From Pseudomonadota bacterium (GTDB lineage Bacteria; Desulfobacterota; Desulfobacteria; Desulfobacterales; JBDRRP01): a stretch of 64,000 bases of DNA. The stretch lies in contig JBDRRP010000011.1 in the NCBI GenBank assembly GCA_043825735.1, positions 1 through 64,000 on the forward strand. The letters are read 5' to 3'. Made by a program: the position numbers and the translations under genes. Positions 17,696-28,111 of this stretch are shown here, in pieces. The stretch's first letter is position 1, and the number at the start of each line of letters is the position of its first letter. The notes under the pieces are model-generated. The model saw nothing but the letters and a program-made list of their open reading frames with translations, was not told the DNA's origin and made no database searches.

Positions 17696-20512
17696 ATGGA
17701 ACACTGGATCACGGTCAGAGGGGCGCGCCAGCACAATTTAAAAGATATCCACGTATCGATTCCGAGGCACAAGCTGGTGGTCATCACCGGTTTGTCAGGC
17801 TCCGGCAAATCCTCTCTGGCCTTTGACACCCTCTATGCCGAAGGACAGCGACGGTATGTAGAATCGCTGTCCACCTACGCCCGCCAGTTTCTCGAACGGC
17901 TTGAAAAACCCGATGTCGACGCTATCGACGGGCTGTCGCCGGCCATCGCCATTGAACAAAAAAGTGCCGGGCACAACCCGCGATCCACCGTGGGCACCGT
18001 CACAGAGGTCTACGATTACCTGAGACTGCTTTATGCGCGGGTGGGCACCCCCCATTGCCATCACTGCCATCGCCCGATCACCGCCATGTCAATCACCGAG
18101 ATCCTCGACACGGCCCTGAGCTGGCCTTCCGGCACCCGAATCGTGATCCTATCGCCGCTGGCAATCGATCCATCAATGGATTTCGGCCGTACTCTGCGAA
18201 AACTGAGAAAAGACGGCTTTGCCAGGATCCGGATGGACGGCGAAATTTTCCCCCTCGATCCGATGCCACCGCTGCCGGCAACGCCGCCGCCGTCGGTTGA
18301 TGTTGTGGTCGATCGTCTCATTTTGAAAGACGGCATCCGCAACCGTCTGGCCGATTCTCTGGAACTTGCGCTGTCGTTATCCGGGGGCGCGGTCATCCTT
18401 CAAAAAGATGACGCGGCGGACCGGGTATTTAACGAACACGCCACCTGCCCCACTTGCGGCATGGTCGCCCCGCCCCTGTCACCGGCGGTATTTTCTTTCA
18501 ACTCGCCCCACGGCGCCTGCAAACACTGTGAAGGGCTCGGCACCACCGCGGTCTTCGATGAGGAACGTATCGTTCCGGATCCTCATCTGTCCCTTCGGGA
18601 CGGCGCGGTGAGCGTGTGGGCCAACCGCAGCACTGTCCGTTTCATGGATTACCTGGAAGCGGTGACAGCACATTACGGGGTCGACATTTACACGCCGTAC
18701 AAGGAACTGCCGGCATCGTTTCGCCACGTTCTCATGCATGGATCGGGCAGCGATGAGGTGGCGCATTACGTGGAGCACGGCGGCCGGCGGGAGCGCACCA
18801 CCAGCCCTGTGGAAGGTGTCATTTCTCAACTCCAACTGCGATACCGTGATCCTGATGCCCGGGAAGAGATCAAACGGTTTATGGCGTTCAAACCCTGCGC
18901 GGCCTGCAACGGCAGCCGGCTCAACCCTGCCAGCAGTGCGGTGAAAATCGCGGGCAAAACCATTCAAGACATTACTGCCATGACAGTGTCACGGGCCCGC
19001 ACATATTTCAGAGAGCTCATTTTAGAGGGACAACAGGCGATTATTTCAGATAAAATCGTTCGTGAAATCTCGGAAAGAATTACGTTCCTGGAAAATGTCG
19101 GCCTCAATTACCTGACGCTGGACCGGGGCGCCACGACCCTGTCCGGCGGTGAATCCCAGCGTATCCGCCTGGCCACGCAGATCGGCTCGAAACTCTCCGG
19201 GGTCATGTACATACTGGATGAACCCAGCATCGGTCTGCACCAGCGGGACAACGACAGGCTGCGGGCGACGCTCGCCGGCATGCGCGATCTGGGCAATTCA
19301 GTCATTGTTGTGGAACACGACGAAGACACCATCCGAGGCGCCGATCATATTATCGAACTCGGCCCCGGCGCCGGTGTCAACGGCGGCCACGTCGTGTTCA
19401 GCGGCACTCCGGCCGAACTGATGGCCGATACGGTTTCCCTGACGGGTCGCTACCTGTCGGGCCGATTGCACATCGACACCCCTGCCCGCCGCCGCAGCGG
19501 CACCGGGCAGTCGTTGATCATCAGAGCGGCCGATGCCAACAATCTGAAAAAAATCGATGCGCTGTTTCCGCTGGGAACCTTTATCTGCGTCACCGGCGTA
19601 TCCGGCTCGGGGAAATCCACACTGGTACTGGAGACCCTCTACCGGGCGCTTGCTCGGCATCTCCATCACGCCCGCCATCCGGTCGGGCGCCACGAATCCA
19701 TGGAAGGCGCTGCGGGTATCGACAAAGTCATTCACATCGACCAGTCGCCCATCGGAAAAACGCCCCGGTCCAATCCCGGTACCTATACCGGCATTTTCAC
19801 CCACATCCGGGAGCTGTTTTCACGCACCCCTGAATCCCGGGCCCGGGGCTACAAGTCGGGCCGCTTCAGTTTCAACATCAAGGGGGGCCGGTGCGAGGCC
19901 TGCTGCGGCGATGGTATCGTAAAAATTGAAATGCACTTTCTTCCGGATGTCTATGTCACCTGCGATGCCTGCGCAGGGCGCCGATACAACCGGGAGACGC
20001 TGGACATCCGCTACCGGGGAAAATCCATCTCCGATGTCCTGGATATGACGGTCAATCAGGCCGTGGTTTTTTTCAGCCGGGTGCCGTCGGTCATGCCGAA
20101 ACTGCAGACCCTTGGGGATGTCGGCCTCGGCTACGTGCGACTGGGTCAACCGGCCACCACGCTTTCCGGAGGCGAAGCCCAGCGGGTCAAGCTGGCCCGT
20201 GAGCTCAGCCGAAAGGACACCGGAAACACGCTCTACATTCTTGACGAGCCCACCACCGGACTCCATGTGGAAGACATCCGAAAACTGCTGGAAGTGCTCA
20301 ACCGCCTCGTTGATGCCGGAAACACCGTAGTGGTCATCGAACACCACATGGACGTCATCAAAACTGCGGATCATCTCATCGATCTGGGACCGGAAGGCGG
20401 GGACGCCGGCGGCTGGATCGTCGCCAGCGGCACGCCGGAAGCGGTGGCCGCCTGCCCTGAATCCCATACGGGGGTCTACCTGAAACGGGTGTTGGACGCC
20501 GTCGCTCGGTAG
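17696..20512 (+). CDS. uvrA: Excinuclease ABC subunit A
   Basis: GARQHNLK, GLSGSGKSSLAFDTLYAEGQRRY, two ABC cassettes (LSGGE) and Zn fingers. Confidence 0.97.
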   Translation: MEHWITVRGARQHNLKDIHVSIPRHKLVVITGLSGSGKSSLAFDTLYAEGQRRYVESLSTYARQFLERLEKPDVDAIDGLSPAIAIEQKSAGHNPRSTVGTVTEVYDYLRLLYARVGTPHCHHCHRPITAMSITEILDTALSWPSGTRIVILSPLAIDPSMDFGRTLRKLRKDGFARIRMDGEIFPLDPMPPLPATPPPSVDVVVDRLILKDGIRNRLADSLELALSLSGGAVILQKDDAADRVFNEHATCPTCGMVAPPLSPAVFSFNSPHGACKHCEGLGTTAVFDEERIVPDPHLSLRDGAVSVWANRSTVRFMDYLEAVTAHYGVDIYTPYKELPASFRHVLMHGSGSDEVAHYVEHGGRRERTTSPVEGVISQLQLRYRDPDAREEIKRFMAFKPCAACNGSRLNPASSAVKIAGKTIQDITAMTVSRARTYFRELILEGQQAIISDKIVREISERITFLENVGLNYLTLDRGATTLSGGESQRIRLATQIGSKLSGVMYILDEPSIGLHQRDNDRLRATLAGMRDLGNSVIVVEHDEDTIRGADHIIELGPGAGVNGGHVVFSGTPAELMADTVSLTGRYLSGRLHIDTPARRRSGTGQSLIIRAADANNLKKIDALFPLGTFICVTGVSGSGKSTLVLETLYRALARHLHHARHPVGRHESMEGAAGIDKVIHIDQSPIGKTPRSNPGTYTGIFTHIRELFSRTPESRARGYKSGRFSFNIKGGRCEACCGDGIVKIEMHFLPDVYVTCDACAGRRYNRETLDIRYRGKSISDVLDMTVNQAVVFFSRVPSVMPKLQTLGDVGLGYVRLGQPATTLSGGEAQRVKLARELSRKDTGNTLYILDEPTTGLHVEDIRKLLEVLNRLVDAGNTVVVIEHHMDVIKTADHLIDLGPEGGDAGGWIVASGTPEAVAACPESHTGVYLKRVLDAVAR

Positions 20513-20603
20513 CCACAAAGTTTTTATACGTTATGCAATGAATGTGTTGCCTTTGCGATCTTTGCGGCTTTGCGAGAGATCCCGACTTTTTACGGATCCA
20601 TCA
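20512..20603. mobile_element. Partial MITE-like element (right half) of the TGATG..CGTAAAAA family
   Basis: CTTTGCGATCTTTGCGGCTTTGCGAGAGATCCCGACTTTTTACGGATCCATCA closely matches the right half of 54378-54510. Confidence 0.7.
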
Positions 20604-20607
20604 AATT

Positions 20608-20741
20608 TGACAGTCCCGTAAAAAGTCTGAAATCACCACAGAGGCGCAGAGAGCGCAGAGATAACTATCTAATTATTCTGTATATCCTCTGCGGCCCTCT
20701 GCGGTCTCTGTGGTTCACAATCACTTTTTACGGTTTCATCA
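20608..20741. mobile_element. MITE-like element carrying 9-bp-period inverted arrays
   Basis: TIRs TGACAGTCCCGTAAAAAGT / ACTTTTTACGGTTTCATCA, with AATT on both flanks and internal CACAGAG/CGCAGAG arrays. Confidence 0.8.
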
Positions 20742-20780
20742 AATTTAGAGCCGGCAACGCTTGAGGGCGCACATTCCCCC

Positions 20781-20823
20781 AAAAAAAAAGGCCGTGCCGC
20801 TAATGCGGCACGGCCATTTTTTT
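20781..20823. terminator. Bidirectional rho-independent terminator (uvrA/atpE)
   Basis: A9-GGCCGTGCCGC-TAAT-GCGGCACGGCC-A-T7. Confidence 0.85.
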
Positions 20824-20833
20824 CCCGCGGTGC

Positions 20834-21115
20834 TTACTTGGCGAACAGCGCGGCGATGTTGGCGGCATAAGGATGCGCGAAGATGAGGATCAGCGCAACA
20901 ACCAGAGCGTAAATACACAAAGACTCGATCAGTGCCAGACCGATCAGCATGGTCACGGTCACTTTACCGGAGGATTCCGGATTGCGGGCGATACCCTCAA
21001 CGGCGGCCTTCAGGCCGAGACCCTGAGCGATACCACAACCGAAGGCAGCGATGGCGATGCCGAAACCGGCAGCCGTAACACATGCGATAAAAAACTGTAA
21101 TGCTTGAGCTTCCAT
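20834..21115 (-). CDS. atpE: F0 ATP synthase subunit c
   Basis: GIAQG...EGIARNPE...[10 protein letters not shown]. Confidence 0.95.
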   Translation of the reverse strand: MEAQALQFFIACVTAAGFGIAIAAFGCGIAQGLGLKAAVEGIARNPESSGKVTVTMLIGLALIESLCIYALVVALILIFAHPYAANIAALFAK

Positions 21116-21229
21116 TCCTCTATGACCTCCTTTTGAAAGTTAACAGTACGCTTCTTCCACTTGTCCCAGTCACTGCGTGAAGCGATAATCAACGCACCGG
21201 TCCCTGTCGGTGCGGGTTATCCATTGACT

Positions 21230-21919
21230 TTAGTGGGCGTGCTCCATGGCGCCCGAGAAGTACATGATGGAGAGCAGGAAAAACACAAATGCCTGCACAA
21301 AGGCCACGAAAATGCCCATGGCCATAATCGGCAGCGGCGCAAAGAACGCCCCGGCCAGCATGAACAGGATGCCCAGCACCAGTTCATGCCCCATCATGTT
21401 GCCGAACAGACGAAAGGAGAGCGACATGATGCGGGCCAGGTGCCCGATGACTTCGATGGGGAAGATGATCGGCGCCATCCACCAAATGGGGCCGAGAAAA
21501 TGCTTGATGTATTTTACCCCGTGGTACTTGAGCCCGATCATGTGGGTGAAGATGACCACGGTGAGGGCGCACGATGCGGTCGTGTTCAGGCTGGCGGTGG
21601 GGGGGAAAAACCCCGGCAGCAGACCCGAGAGGTTGCATACAGCGATGTAGAGGAACACGGTGGCAATCAGCGGGAAAAACCATCGGCCTTCATCACCGGT
21701 GATCTCCACCATGAACTCTTCCATGCCGGAGATGACAATCTCCCAGAAATTCTGTGCTTTGCCCGGTATCATGCTCACCGTCTTGGTTGCCATGGCCCCG
21801 ACAAGGATCAGAAAAAGCATCACCACCCAGGAGTAAACGACCCACGGATAGTGATGGGCAAAATTGCCAAGACCGGCCAGTTCAAACAGTTTCACGAAAA
21901 ACATGTAGGGATGTTCCAC
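21230..21919 (-). CDS. atpB: F0 ATP synthase subunit a
   Basis: PPTASLN, SLSFRLFGNMMGHE and QAFVFFLLS..YF. Confidence 0.95.
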   Translation of the reverse strand: MEHPYMFFVKLFELAGLGNFAHHYPWVVYSWVVMLFLILVGAMATKTVSMIPGKAQNFWEIVISGMEEFMVEITGDEGRWFFPLIATVFLYIAVCNLSGLLPGFFPPTASLNTTASCALTVVIFTHMIGLKYHGVKYIKHFLGPIWWMAPIIFPIEVIGHLARIMSLSFRLFGNMMGHELVLGILFMLAGAFFAPLPIMAMGIFVAFVQAFVFFLLSIMYFSGAMEHAH

Positions 21920-21920
21920 C

Positions 21921-22307
21921 TTATACCGCCTCCTTGAAAATCAAATGTTTGATTTCACATACGGTAGCCAGCATGATGCTGGCGACCACCACGGAAAGGC
22001 CGAGAATTAATCCAAGGGGGTTCACGACCTTACCGGCGATCAGTAGAAATATGATGAAACCGCTGACAATAAACCGCAGGTAGTACTTCGCCAAAACGGC
22101 ATTATGAGACGCCAGATACGGCGGCGTGAGCGATTTTTTCAGCGTTCGTGCCAGCAGATGGAAATTCACCGTCACCAGCAGCCCGCCGAAAAGGATGCCC
22201 TTGGCAAAGCCGGGGCTTGCCAGCAACCAGCCTGCCGCACTGGCAGCGACAAACAGCACCCAGTTGGCACGGGTCACGAAAGTGAGAAGGCGCTCCTGAA
22301 TATGCAC
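21921..22307 (-). CDS. atpI: ATP synthase protein I
   Basis: Four-TM protein directly upstream of atpB, with a GTG start and an AGGA RBS. Confidence 0.8.
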   Translation of the reverse strand: MHIQERLLTFVTRANWVLFVAASAAGWLLASPGFAKGILFGGLLVTVNFHLLARTLKKSLTPPYLASHNAVLAKYYLRFIVSGFIIFLLIAGKVVNPLGLILGLSVVVASIMLATVCEIKHLIFKEAV

Positions 22308-22347
22308 AGTACTGCTTTCCTGAAAGATCAATGGTAAGTTGTCTGGG

Positions 22348-22566
22348 TCAGAGCTTACGGCTTTTTCGGATGGCCAGCCCAATGTTTCGAAACCCGGCAA
22401 TGATCCCCATCAACAGTAAGATGAGGGTCAGCCATGGCGCCGTATCAAACTTGCGATCCAAAAATACGCCGGCCCCTAAGCCGATGACCACCGACAGCGA
22501 CACCTGCAAACCCAGGCTGCTGTAATACGCCCATTCGCGAAGGTCGCGCCGAGTTTCCTTCTTCAT
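22348..22566 (-). CDS. atpZ: AtpZ/AtpI family protein
   Basis: SLGLQVSLSVVIGLGAGVFLDRKFDTAPWLTL...GIIAGFRN. Confidence 0.85.
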   Translation of the reverse strand: MKKETRRDLREWAYYSSLGLQVSLSVVIGLGAGVFLDRKFDTAPWLTLILLLMGIIAGFRNIGLAIRKSRKL

Positions 22567-22697
22567 CACAGCGCCTCCGCCGTCCCCCTGAAGGGAGTGA
22601 AAAACCTCCGAGCATCTACCACAGCCCATTGCCGGAGTCAAATAAAAATGATGTGGCCGGCCGCTGTCCTGCTTCGCCGGACGCCTCATGCCCGGCC

Positions 22698-23498
22698 TCA
22701 GTCGAAGGCCAGATCCATGGCATCGAAAACCGGGCCATGGGTGCAGGCGTGCAAGTAGTCGTTTGCACTGTTGCGGGCCTTCACCGCGCAGCCCAGACAC
22801 GCGCCGATACCGCATGCCATCAGGGTTTCCACAGAAACCTGGGTGGCGATGCCGTGGCGCTCGCCGATTCCCGCCACACAGGCCAGCATGGGCATGGGAC
22901 CGCAGGCGTAGATGGCATCCGGCCGCGCCCGGGAAATATCCATTTCCACCGGATGCGTCACCAGGCACTGGTCCCCGGCACTGCCGTCGTCGGTGGTCTG
23001 AATCACGGCAACGCCGAGCGCGCAAAAGTCGTCGACACACAGCAGGTCGCTGCGGGTGCGCCCCCCCAGAAACACCTGGACTGCGGCCGGCTGCCAGACA
23101 CCCCGCCGCGTGGCTTCGGCGGCCAGAAAAAACAATGGCGGAATGCCGATGCCGCCCCCCACCAGCGATACCCGCCGGTGGGTGGCGTCCACGGCAAACC
23201 CTCGGCCGGCGGGTCCCACGATGTCCACAGCATCGCCGCTGCCCAGTGCCGACATGGCCCGGGTCACCGGTCCCACGATCCGGTAGAGCAGTTCGATGCC
23301 CTTTTCTTCAGTGGCATCCAGGCGTCTGAAAATCGAAAACGGACGGCGCAACAGCGGCTGCCCGAGGCCCGGCAGATGCACCATGACAAATTGCCCGGGC
23401 GCAGCGGATGTAAAGGCCGGTCCCGTTTTCAGCCCCATGCGCCGATACATCTCACCGCAGGGGCGATTCCACTGCACGGTAACGGTTTGCTGCTGCAT
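22698..23498 (-). CDS. pyrK: Dihydroorotate dehydrogenase electron transfer subunit
   Basis: PGQFVM, LRRPFSI, GGGIGIPPL, ACGP.PML and MACGIGACLGC...CTHGPVF. TAAGGAG RBS. Confidence 0.9.
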   Translation of the reverse strand: MQQQTVTVQWNRPCGEMYRRMGLKTGPAFTSAAPGQFVMVHLPGLGQPLLRRPFSIFRRLDATEEKGIELLYRIVGPVTRAMSALGSGDAVDIVGPAGRGFAVDATHRRVSLVGGGIGIPPLFFLAAEATRRGVWQPAAVQVFLGGRTRSDLLCVDDFCALGVAVIQTTDDGSAGDQCLVTHPVEMDISRARPDAIYACGPMPMLACVAGIGERHGIATQVSVETLMACGIGACLGCAVKARNSANDYLHACTHGPVFDAMDLAFD

Positions 23499-23514
23499 GG
23501 CGTCAGTCTCCTTA

Positions 23515-23750
23515 GTGCCCATCCAGAAAAGGCATCTTTGCCTTAGAAACCCAGCGCTGCGCGCAGGGTTCCAGGCGAAAAGCATGGCCCCCGGCGGCGT
23601 TCTCGCACCTTTTGCCATCCTCAACGTAGCTCCGCTACGCCTGCGGTGACAAAAGTGCTCGGGCCTTGCCGGGAACCACACGGTTTAATCCTGACGCCCA
23701 GCGCGCAGCGCTGGGTGTCCAAGGAAAATCTACCATTTCTGGATGGGCAC
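23515..23750. mobile_element. MITE/REP-like palindromic element, family B
   Basis: 15-bp perfect TIR GTGCCCATCCAGAAA and an internal 16-bp IR ACCCAGCGCTGCGCGC. The core is shared with 35311-35457 and 35467-35595. Confidence 0.8.
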
Positions 23751-23760
23751 CCACTAATAT

Positions 23761-23885
23761 TGATGAATCCGTAAAAAGTGATTTTGAAGCACAGAGACCG
23801 CAGAGAATATACCAAATAATTAATAAGTTATCTCTGCGCTCTCTGTGTCCTCTGTGGTGATTTCAGACTTTTTACAATGCCATCA
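23761..23885. mobile_element. MITE-like element, inverted copy of 20608-20741
   Basis: TGATGAATCCGTAAAAAGT...ACTTTTTACAATGCCATCA, one 9-bp unit shorter than the other copy. Confidence 0.8.
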
Positions 23886-23915
23886 AAACTCAACTGTCGC
23901 AGTGAATCCCAATGT

Positions 23916-24707
23916 TCACCGGGCTTCAGGATCGAGCGGCGGTCTCAAAGCGATTACGGCGCCGGAGCGACCCGTAAGGCGCTCATGCCGGTATGAATAA
24001 AACAGGTTCGGATGGCATCGGGTACAGATCCCGCCGGTTTCGATGTTCTCATCCGGTACACCGGCCGCGGAAAGCTGCTCTCGGCTGATGGCCCAGAAAT
24101 CAAAATGGTGCGCCCCCCGGCGATACCCCCAGAAGACCTTGGGTATTTCGCTGGCATAATTGATGAACTCGGCGCAGCAGGGGCCAAGGGACGGTCCGAT
24201 TCCGGCCACCAGATCCCGGGGCCGGCAGCCGAAGTCCGTTTCCATGACCGCGACGGTGCGGCCGATGACATTGTCGATGCTGCCCCGCCATCCGGAGTGG
24301 ACGTTGGCCACCACCCGGCGTTGCGGATCAAAGAGCATCACCGGTTGGCAGTCGGCCACCTGGATCAGCAGCGCCGTGTCGACCGCTGCCGTCACTGCGG
24401 CGTCAGCCTCCGGCGGCGGCCGGTGGTCTGAAACAGGATCCGCGCCGGCACCGTTGAACACGTGCACCCGGGTGCCGTGAACCTGGCGCAGCGGCGCCAG
24501 CCGCATGCCGCCTGTCCACGATTCAATGATGCGCCGGTTGGCGGCGACGCAGGCGTCTTCATCACCGCCAAAGGCCACGTTGAGGCTGTGAAACGGTGCG
24601 GGGCTGGTGCCGCCCTCGCGGGCAAACACGCCATGAACGAGTTCCGGATAGCCCGAGAGCAGGGCAAACCGGAAAACCGTCACGGACCCTGAGCGCTCGG
24701 GTATCAT
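23916..24707 (-). CDS. pgeF: Peptidoglycan editing factor PgeF (YfiH)
   Basis: GG.S..PF.SLN, QVHG, ADC.PV, HSGWRG, IGPSLGPCC and FYSYR. Confidence 0.9.
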   Translation of the reverse strand: MIPERSGSVTVFRFALLSGYPELVHGVFAREGGTSPAPFHSLNVAFGGDEDACVAANRRIIESWTGGMRLAPLRQVHGTRVHVFNGAGADPVSDHRPPPEADAAVTAAVDTALLIQVADCQPVMLFDPQRRVVANVHSGWRGSIDNVIGRTVAVMETDFGCRPRDLVAGIGPSLGPCCAEFINYASEIPKVFWGYRRGAHHFDFWAISREQLSAAGVPDENIETGGICTRCHPNLFYSYRHERLTGRSGAVIALRPPLDPEAR

Positions 24708-25219
24708 CGGGGCGTTTTTCCCGGTGGCAATGGGGGCTGCGCGCTGCGAATCCGGGCGATAATGCCCGTGGTGGAGACGTCCTTGACCACCGGGATTCGA
24801 ACCACATCGCCGCCGTCGGCGCGGACGATATCGGCACCGACGATGTCCGCTTCGGCCCAGTCGGCGCCCTTCACCAGAACATGCGGGCGCACGGCGGCGA
24901 TCAGCCGTTTGGGCGTATCCTCTGAAAACACGGTGATGAAGTCGACACAGCTCAACGCGGCCAGCACTTCGGCCCTCTGGTCTTCAGGGGTCACCGGCCG
25001 CTCCGGTCCCTTGATCCGGTGGACCGATTCATCGGCGTTCAACCCCACAACGAGGCAGTCGCCGCAGTCCCTGGCGGCGCTCAGGTAGCGGATGTGCCCG
25101 ATGTGCAGCAAATCGAAACACCCGTTGGTGAACACGATGCGACTGCCTTTTTCCCGCAGGCCCTCGGCCACAGCCGCAATCCGTTCAAAAGGGATGATTT
25201 TGGGTTGCACCGGTCTCAT
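24704..25219 (-). CDS. rfaE2: D-glycero-beta-D-manno-heptose 1-phosphate adenylyltransferase
   Basis: VFTNGCFDLLHIGHIRYL, GLNAD.SV..IKG..RP, LVKGADW and STTGII. Confidence 0.9.
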   Translation of the reverse strand: MRPVQPKIIPFERIAAVAEGLREKGSRIVFTNGCFDLLHIGHIRYLSAARDCGDCLVVGLNADESVHRIKGPERPVTPEDQRAEVLAALSCVDFITVFSEDTPKRLIAAVRPHVLVKGADWAEADIVGADIVRADGGDVVRIPVVKDVSTTGIIARIRSAQPPLPPGKTPR

Positions 25220-26037
25220 TGGAGTCTCCGCAGCGTCCTCGCCATGCTCAGGGCGTCAACCCGCCGGGCACCGGCAGCCAGCAAGACGCCCGCACATGCC
25301 GCCATCGTCTCGCCCGTGGTGACCACATCGTCAACCACTAAAACATGTTTTCCCGCCACCACCTTCGCGTCGGCGACACTGAAGGCGCCCTTCATGTTTC
25401 GCCGGCGCCGATCCCTGTCAAGCCCGGTCTGGGAGGGCGTATCACGGAGCCGGACAAGAACGTCATGACGCAGCAGCGGCGCATGCGTCATTGACGCCGG
25501 CCCGAAAACCTGGCGGGCCAGCAGCCAGGCCTGGTTGTAACCGCGTTGCCGCAGGCGCAGCCGGTGCAGGGGCACCGGTACGACAAGCCCCACGGCTCCC
25601 GGACGCCAGTGGCGGTGATACACCGCCGACAGCCACGGGCGCATGGCGGCCCCCAGATGCACCGCATGGTGATATTTGAACTGCCGCACCATGAGCACCA
25701 TGGCGCCCTGGTACACGGCCGCCGCCCGCATCCTCTCGAGCGGCACAGTGCTGCCGGTGCAGTCCCCACAACGGTGGTCGATGCCGGCGCCTTGGACAAA
25801 AGGGATCCCGCAGACGCTGCACTGAGGCGCCGTCACCGGCAGTATCGTATCGCGGCAATCCCGGCACAATAGCCGCATCAGGGGCTGCTGGGCAGCGGCC
25901 AGAGCGTTCGGATCTTCCGCAGAAGGTGCCGGTGGGCCGGGCGCTTCCAAACAGCCACAGGCGGCACATCGAAACGGCAGCAAGAGGGCCAGCGCATGAT
26001 GGACGATTCGCCTCAGGCGGAGCCGCAGTCGTCTCAA
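25216..26037 (-). CDS. ComF family phosphoribosyltransferase-domain protein
   Basis: Zn-ribbon Cys pairs, VPVPLH..RLRQRGYNQA and LVVDDVVTTGET. The start position is uncertain. Confidence 0.88.
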   Translation of the reverse strand: MRRLRLRLRRIVHHALALLLPFRCAACGCLEAPGPPAPSAEDPNALAAAQQPLMRLLCRDCRDTILPVTAPQCSVCGIPFVQGAGIDHRCGDCTGSTVPLERMRAAAVYQGAMVLMVRQFKYHHAVHLGAAMRPWLSAVYHRHWRPGAVGLVVPVPLHRLRLRQRGYNQAWLLARQVFGPASMTHAPLLRHDVLVRLRDTPSQTGLDRDRRRRNMKGAFSVADAKVVAGKHVLVVDDVVTTGETMAACAGVLLAAGARRVDALSMARTLRRLQ

Positions 26038-26059
26038 GGCCAGATCCCCTCCCCGTCTG

Positions 26060-27283
26060 TCAGGTCATTCGCGCGGCCACGGCGGCCCCGAACGCCGAGC
26101 AACTGACTTCGGTGGCGCCGCTGATCTGGCGGGCCAGATCGTAGGTGACCACACGGTCCTTGATGGTCTGTTGCAGCGCCGAGCGCACCCGTTTGGCAGC
26201 CGGCTGCCATCCCAGATGATCCAGCAGCATGGCGCCGGACAGAATCAGGGAACTGGGATTTACCTTGTCCAGGCCCGCATATTTGGGTGCCGTGCCGTGG
26301 GTGGCCTCGAAAACGGCGCAGGCATCGCCGATGTTGGCTCCCGGTGCCATCCCCAGCCCCCCCACCTGCGCGGCCAGCGCATCGGAAAGATAGTCGCCGT
26401 TGAGATTCGGTGTGGCAATGACGCTGTACTCATCCGGACGCAGCAGCACCTGCTGGAACAGCATATCGGCAATGCGGTCCTTGATGACCACTTTCCCCGT
26501 CGGCGCCACTCCGGCGAATGTTTCGAAGACCGCCGCCTCGGTGATGGTTTCGTCGGCGAAATTCTCTGCGGCCTCCTGGTAGCCCCACCGGCTGAAGGCC
26601 CCTTCGGTGAACTTCATGATGTTGCCCTTGTGCATCAAGGTCACCGAGGGTTTGCGCTGCTCGATGGCATAGGTGATGGCTTTGGCCACCAGACGCCGGG
26701 TGTTTTTCTCCGACATGGGTTTGATCCCGATGCCGGAGCCCTGGGCAATGGCCGCGCCCATGGTGTCCCTCAAAAAAGCCGCCAGCCGTTCAGCCTCAGG
26801 GGTGCCCGACGCCCACTCGATCCCGGCATACAGGTCCTCGGTGTTTTCCCGGAATACCACCATGTCGATCTTCTCGGGAGCAATCATGGGACTGGGCACC
26901 GTATCGATGTAGCGCACCGGTCGCACGCAGGCATACAGATCCAGACGCTGGCGGATGGCCACGTTGAGACTTCTCATGCCTTTTCCCACCGGTGTGGTGA
27001 GGGGCCCCTTGATGGCCACGACATGGTCGGCGATGGTCTTCAGGGCCGCATCCGAAAGCCATTCGCCGGTGAGCGCATTGGCTTTTTCGCCGACGAGCAC
27101 CTCCAGCCACTGGATGCTGCGCTTGCCGCCGAAAGCCATTTCCACGGCACGATCGAGCACCGGACGCGTGGCCTTCCAGATGTCCGGACCGATGCCGTCT
27201 CCTTCGATGAAAGGAATCACCGGCCTTTGCGGTACCAAAATGGCGCCATCTTCGTTGAGATGGATTCGGTTGTCATTAGTCAT
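26060..27283 (-). CDS. icd: Isocitrate dehydrogenase (NADP)
   Basis: [40 protein letters not shown] and [13 protein letters not shown]. Confidence 0.97.
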   Translation of the reverse strand: MTNDNRIHLNEDGAILVPQRPVIPFIEGDGIGPDIWKATRPVLDRAVEMAFGGKRSIQWLEVLVGEKANALTGEWLSDAALKTIADHVVAIKGPLTTPVGKGMRSLNVAIRQRLDLYACVRPVRYIDTVPSPMIAPEKIDMVVFRENTEDLYAGIEWASGTPEAERLAAFLRDTMGAAIAQGSGIGIKPMSEKNTRRLVAKAITYAIEQRKPSVTLMHKGNIMKFTEGAFSRWGYQEAAENFADETITEAAVFETFAGVAPTGKVVIKDRIADMLFQQVLLRPDEYSVIATPNLNGDYLSDALAAQVGGLGMAPGANIGDACAVFEATHGTAPKYAGLDKVNPSSLILSGAMLLDHLGWQPAAKRVRSALQQTIKDRVVTYDLARQISGATEVSCSAFGAAVAARMT

Positions 27284-27304
27284 GATGTCACGCGCTCCTT
27301 AAGA

Positions 27305-28111
27305 TCATAAGGCCGGGGGCAGGGATGCCGACACACTGCGCCGCCGCCTGAGGATTTCATACATGGCAACGCCGCCGGCCACCGAAGCGTTCAGCGAATT
27401 GAGATTGCCGTGCTGGGGGATGGCCAGCAGATAATCGCAGCGTTCCTTGAGCAGTGGACGCATGCCGCGCCCCTCACTGCCCACTACCAATGCCAGTGGC
27501 CCCGGCAGTGATGTGTCAAAGATATCACCGCCCTGATCCCTGTCCAGTCCTGCGACCCAAATACCGTTTTCCTTCAACCGCCGCATGGCTTCGGCCAGAT
27601 TGGGCACCCGCGCCACGGCCAGGTGCTCCATGGCGCCGGCCGATACCCTGGACACGGTGGGCGTCAGGCCAGCGGATCGGTCCTTGGCAAGAATCACCGC
27701 CATCACCCCGGCGCACAACGCCGTGCGCAGAAGGGCTCCCAGGTTGTGAGTGTCGGAAATCTGATCCAGAATCAGCACGAACGGATCCCCTGCACTAGTC
27801 TCGAGCATCGCCATCGCCTGGGCCAGGTCAAGTGTCGGCAGGGGATCGGCCAAAAGACAGAGTCCCTGGTGGCGACTGGTCCCGGTCATTTTGGCCATGA
27901 CATCGTCCGCGGCGCTTTCTACGGGCAGGCCGATCGTCGCCGCGAGATCAGCGGCGGCACGGCAGTTAGCGTCCCGGCACCGGGCCAGTACGAAAAGACG
28001 GTGAAGGCGCCGGCGGCCGGCCGCCATGGCTTCCATGACGGAATGGCTGCCGGACAGGCATTCATGCGGGGATGCGCCCCCTTTTGCTTTCCGACCGCGG
28101 ACAGGCTTCAT
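27305..28111 (-). CDS. rlmB: 23S rRNA Gm2251 2'-O-methyltransferase
   Basis: HQG, LD.ISD.HNLGA.LR, GSEGRG and SLNASVA. Confidence 0.9.
   Translation of the reverse strand: MKPVRGRKAKGGASPHECLSGSHSVMEAMAAGRRRLHRLFVLARCRDANCRAAADLAATIGLPVESAADDVMAKMTGTSRHQGLCLLADPLPTLDLAQAMAMLETSAGDPFVLILDQISDTHNLGALLRTALCAGVMAVILAKDRSAGLTPTVSRVSAGAMEHLAVARVPNLAEAMRRLKENGIWVAGLDRDQGGDIFDTSLPGPLALVVGSEGRGMRPLLKERCDYLLAIPQHGNLNSLNASVAGGVAMYEILRRRRSVSASLPPAL

Noticed and set aside
23499..23681. N-terminal extension of pyrK in the ORF track
   Set aside because: It is read-through of the repeat element; a strong RBS supports the start at 23498.
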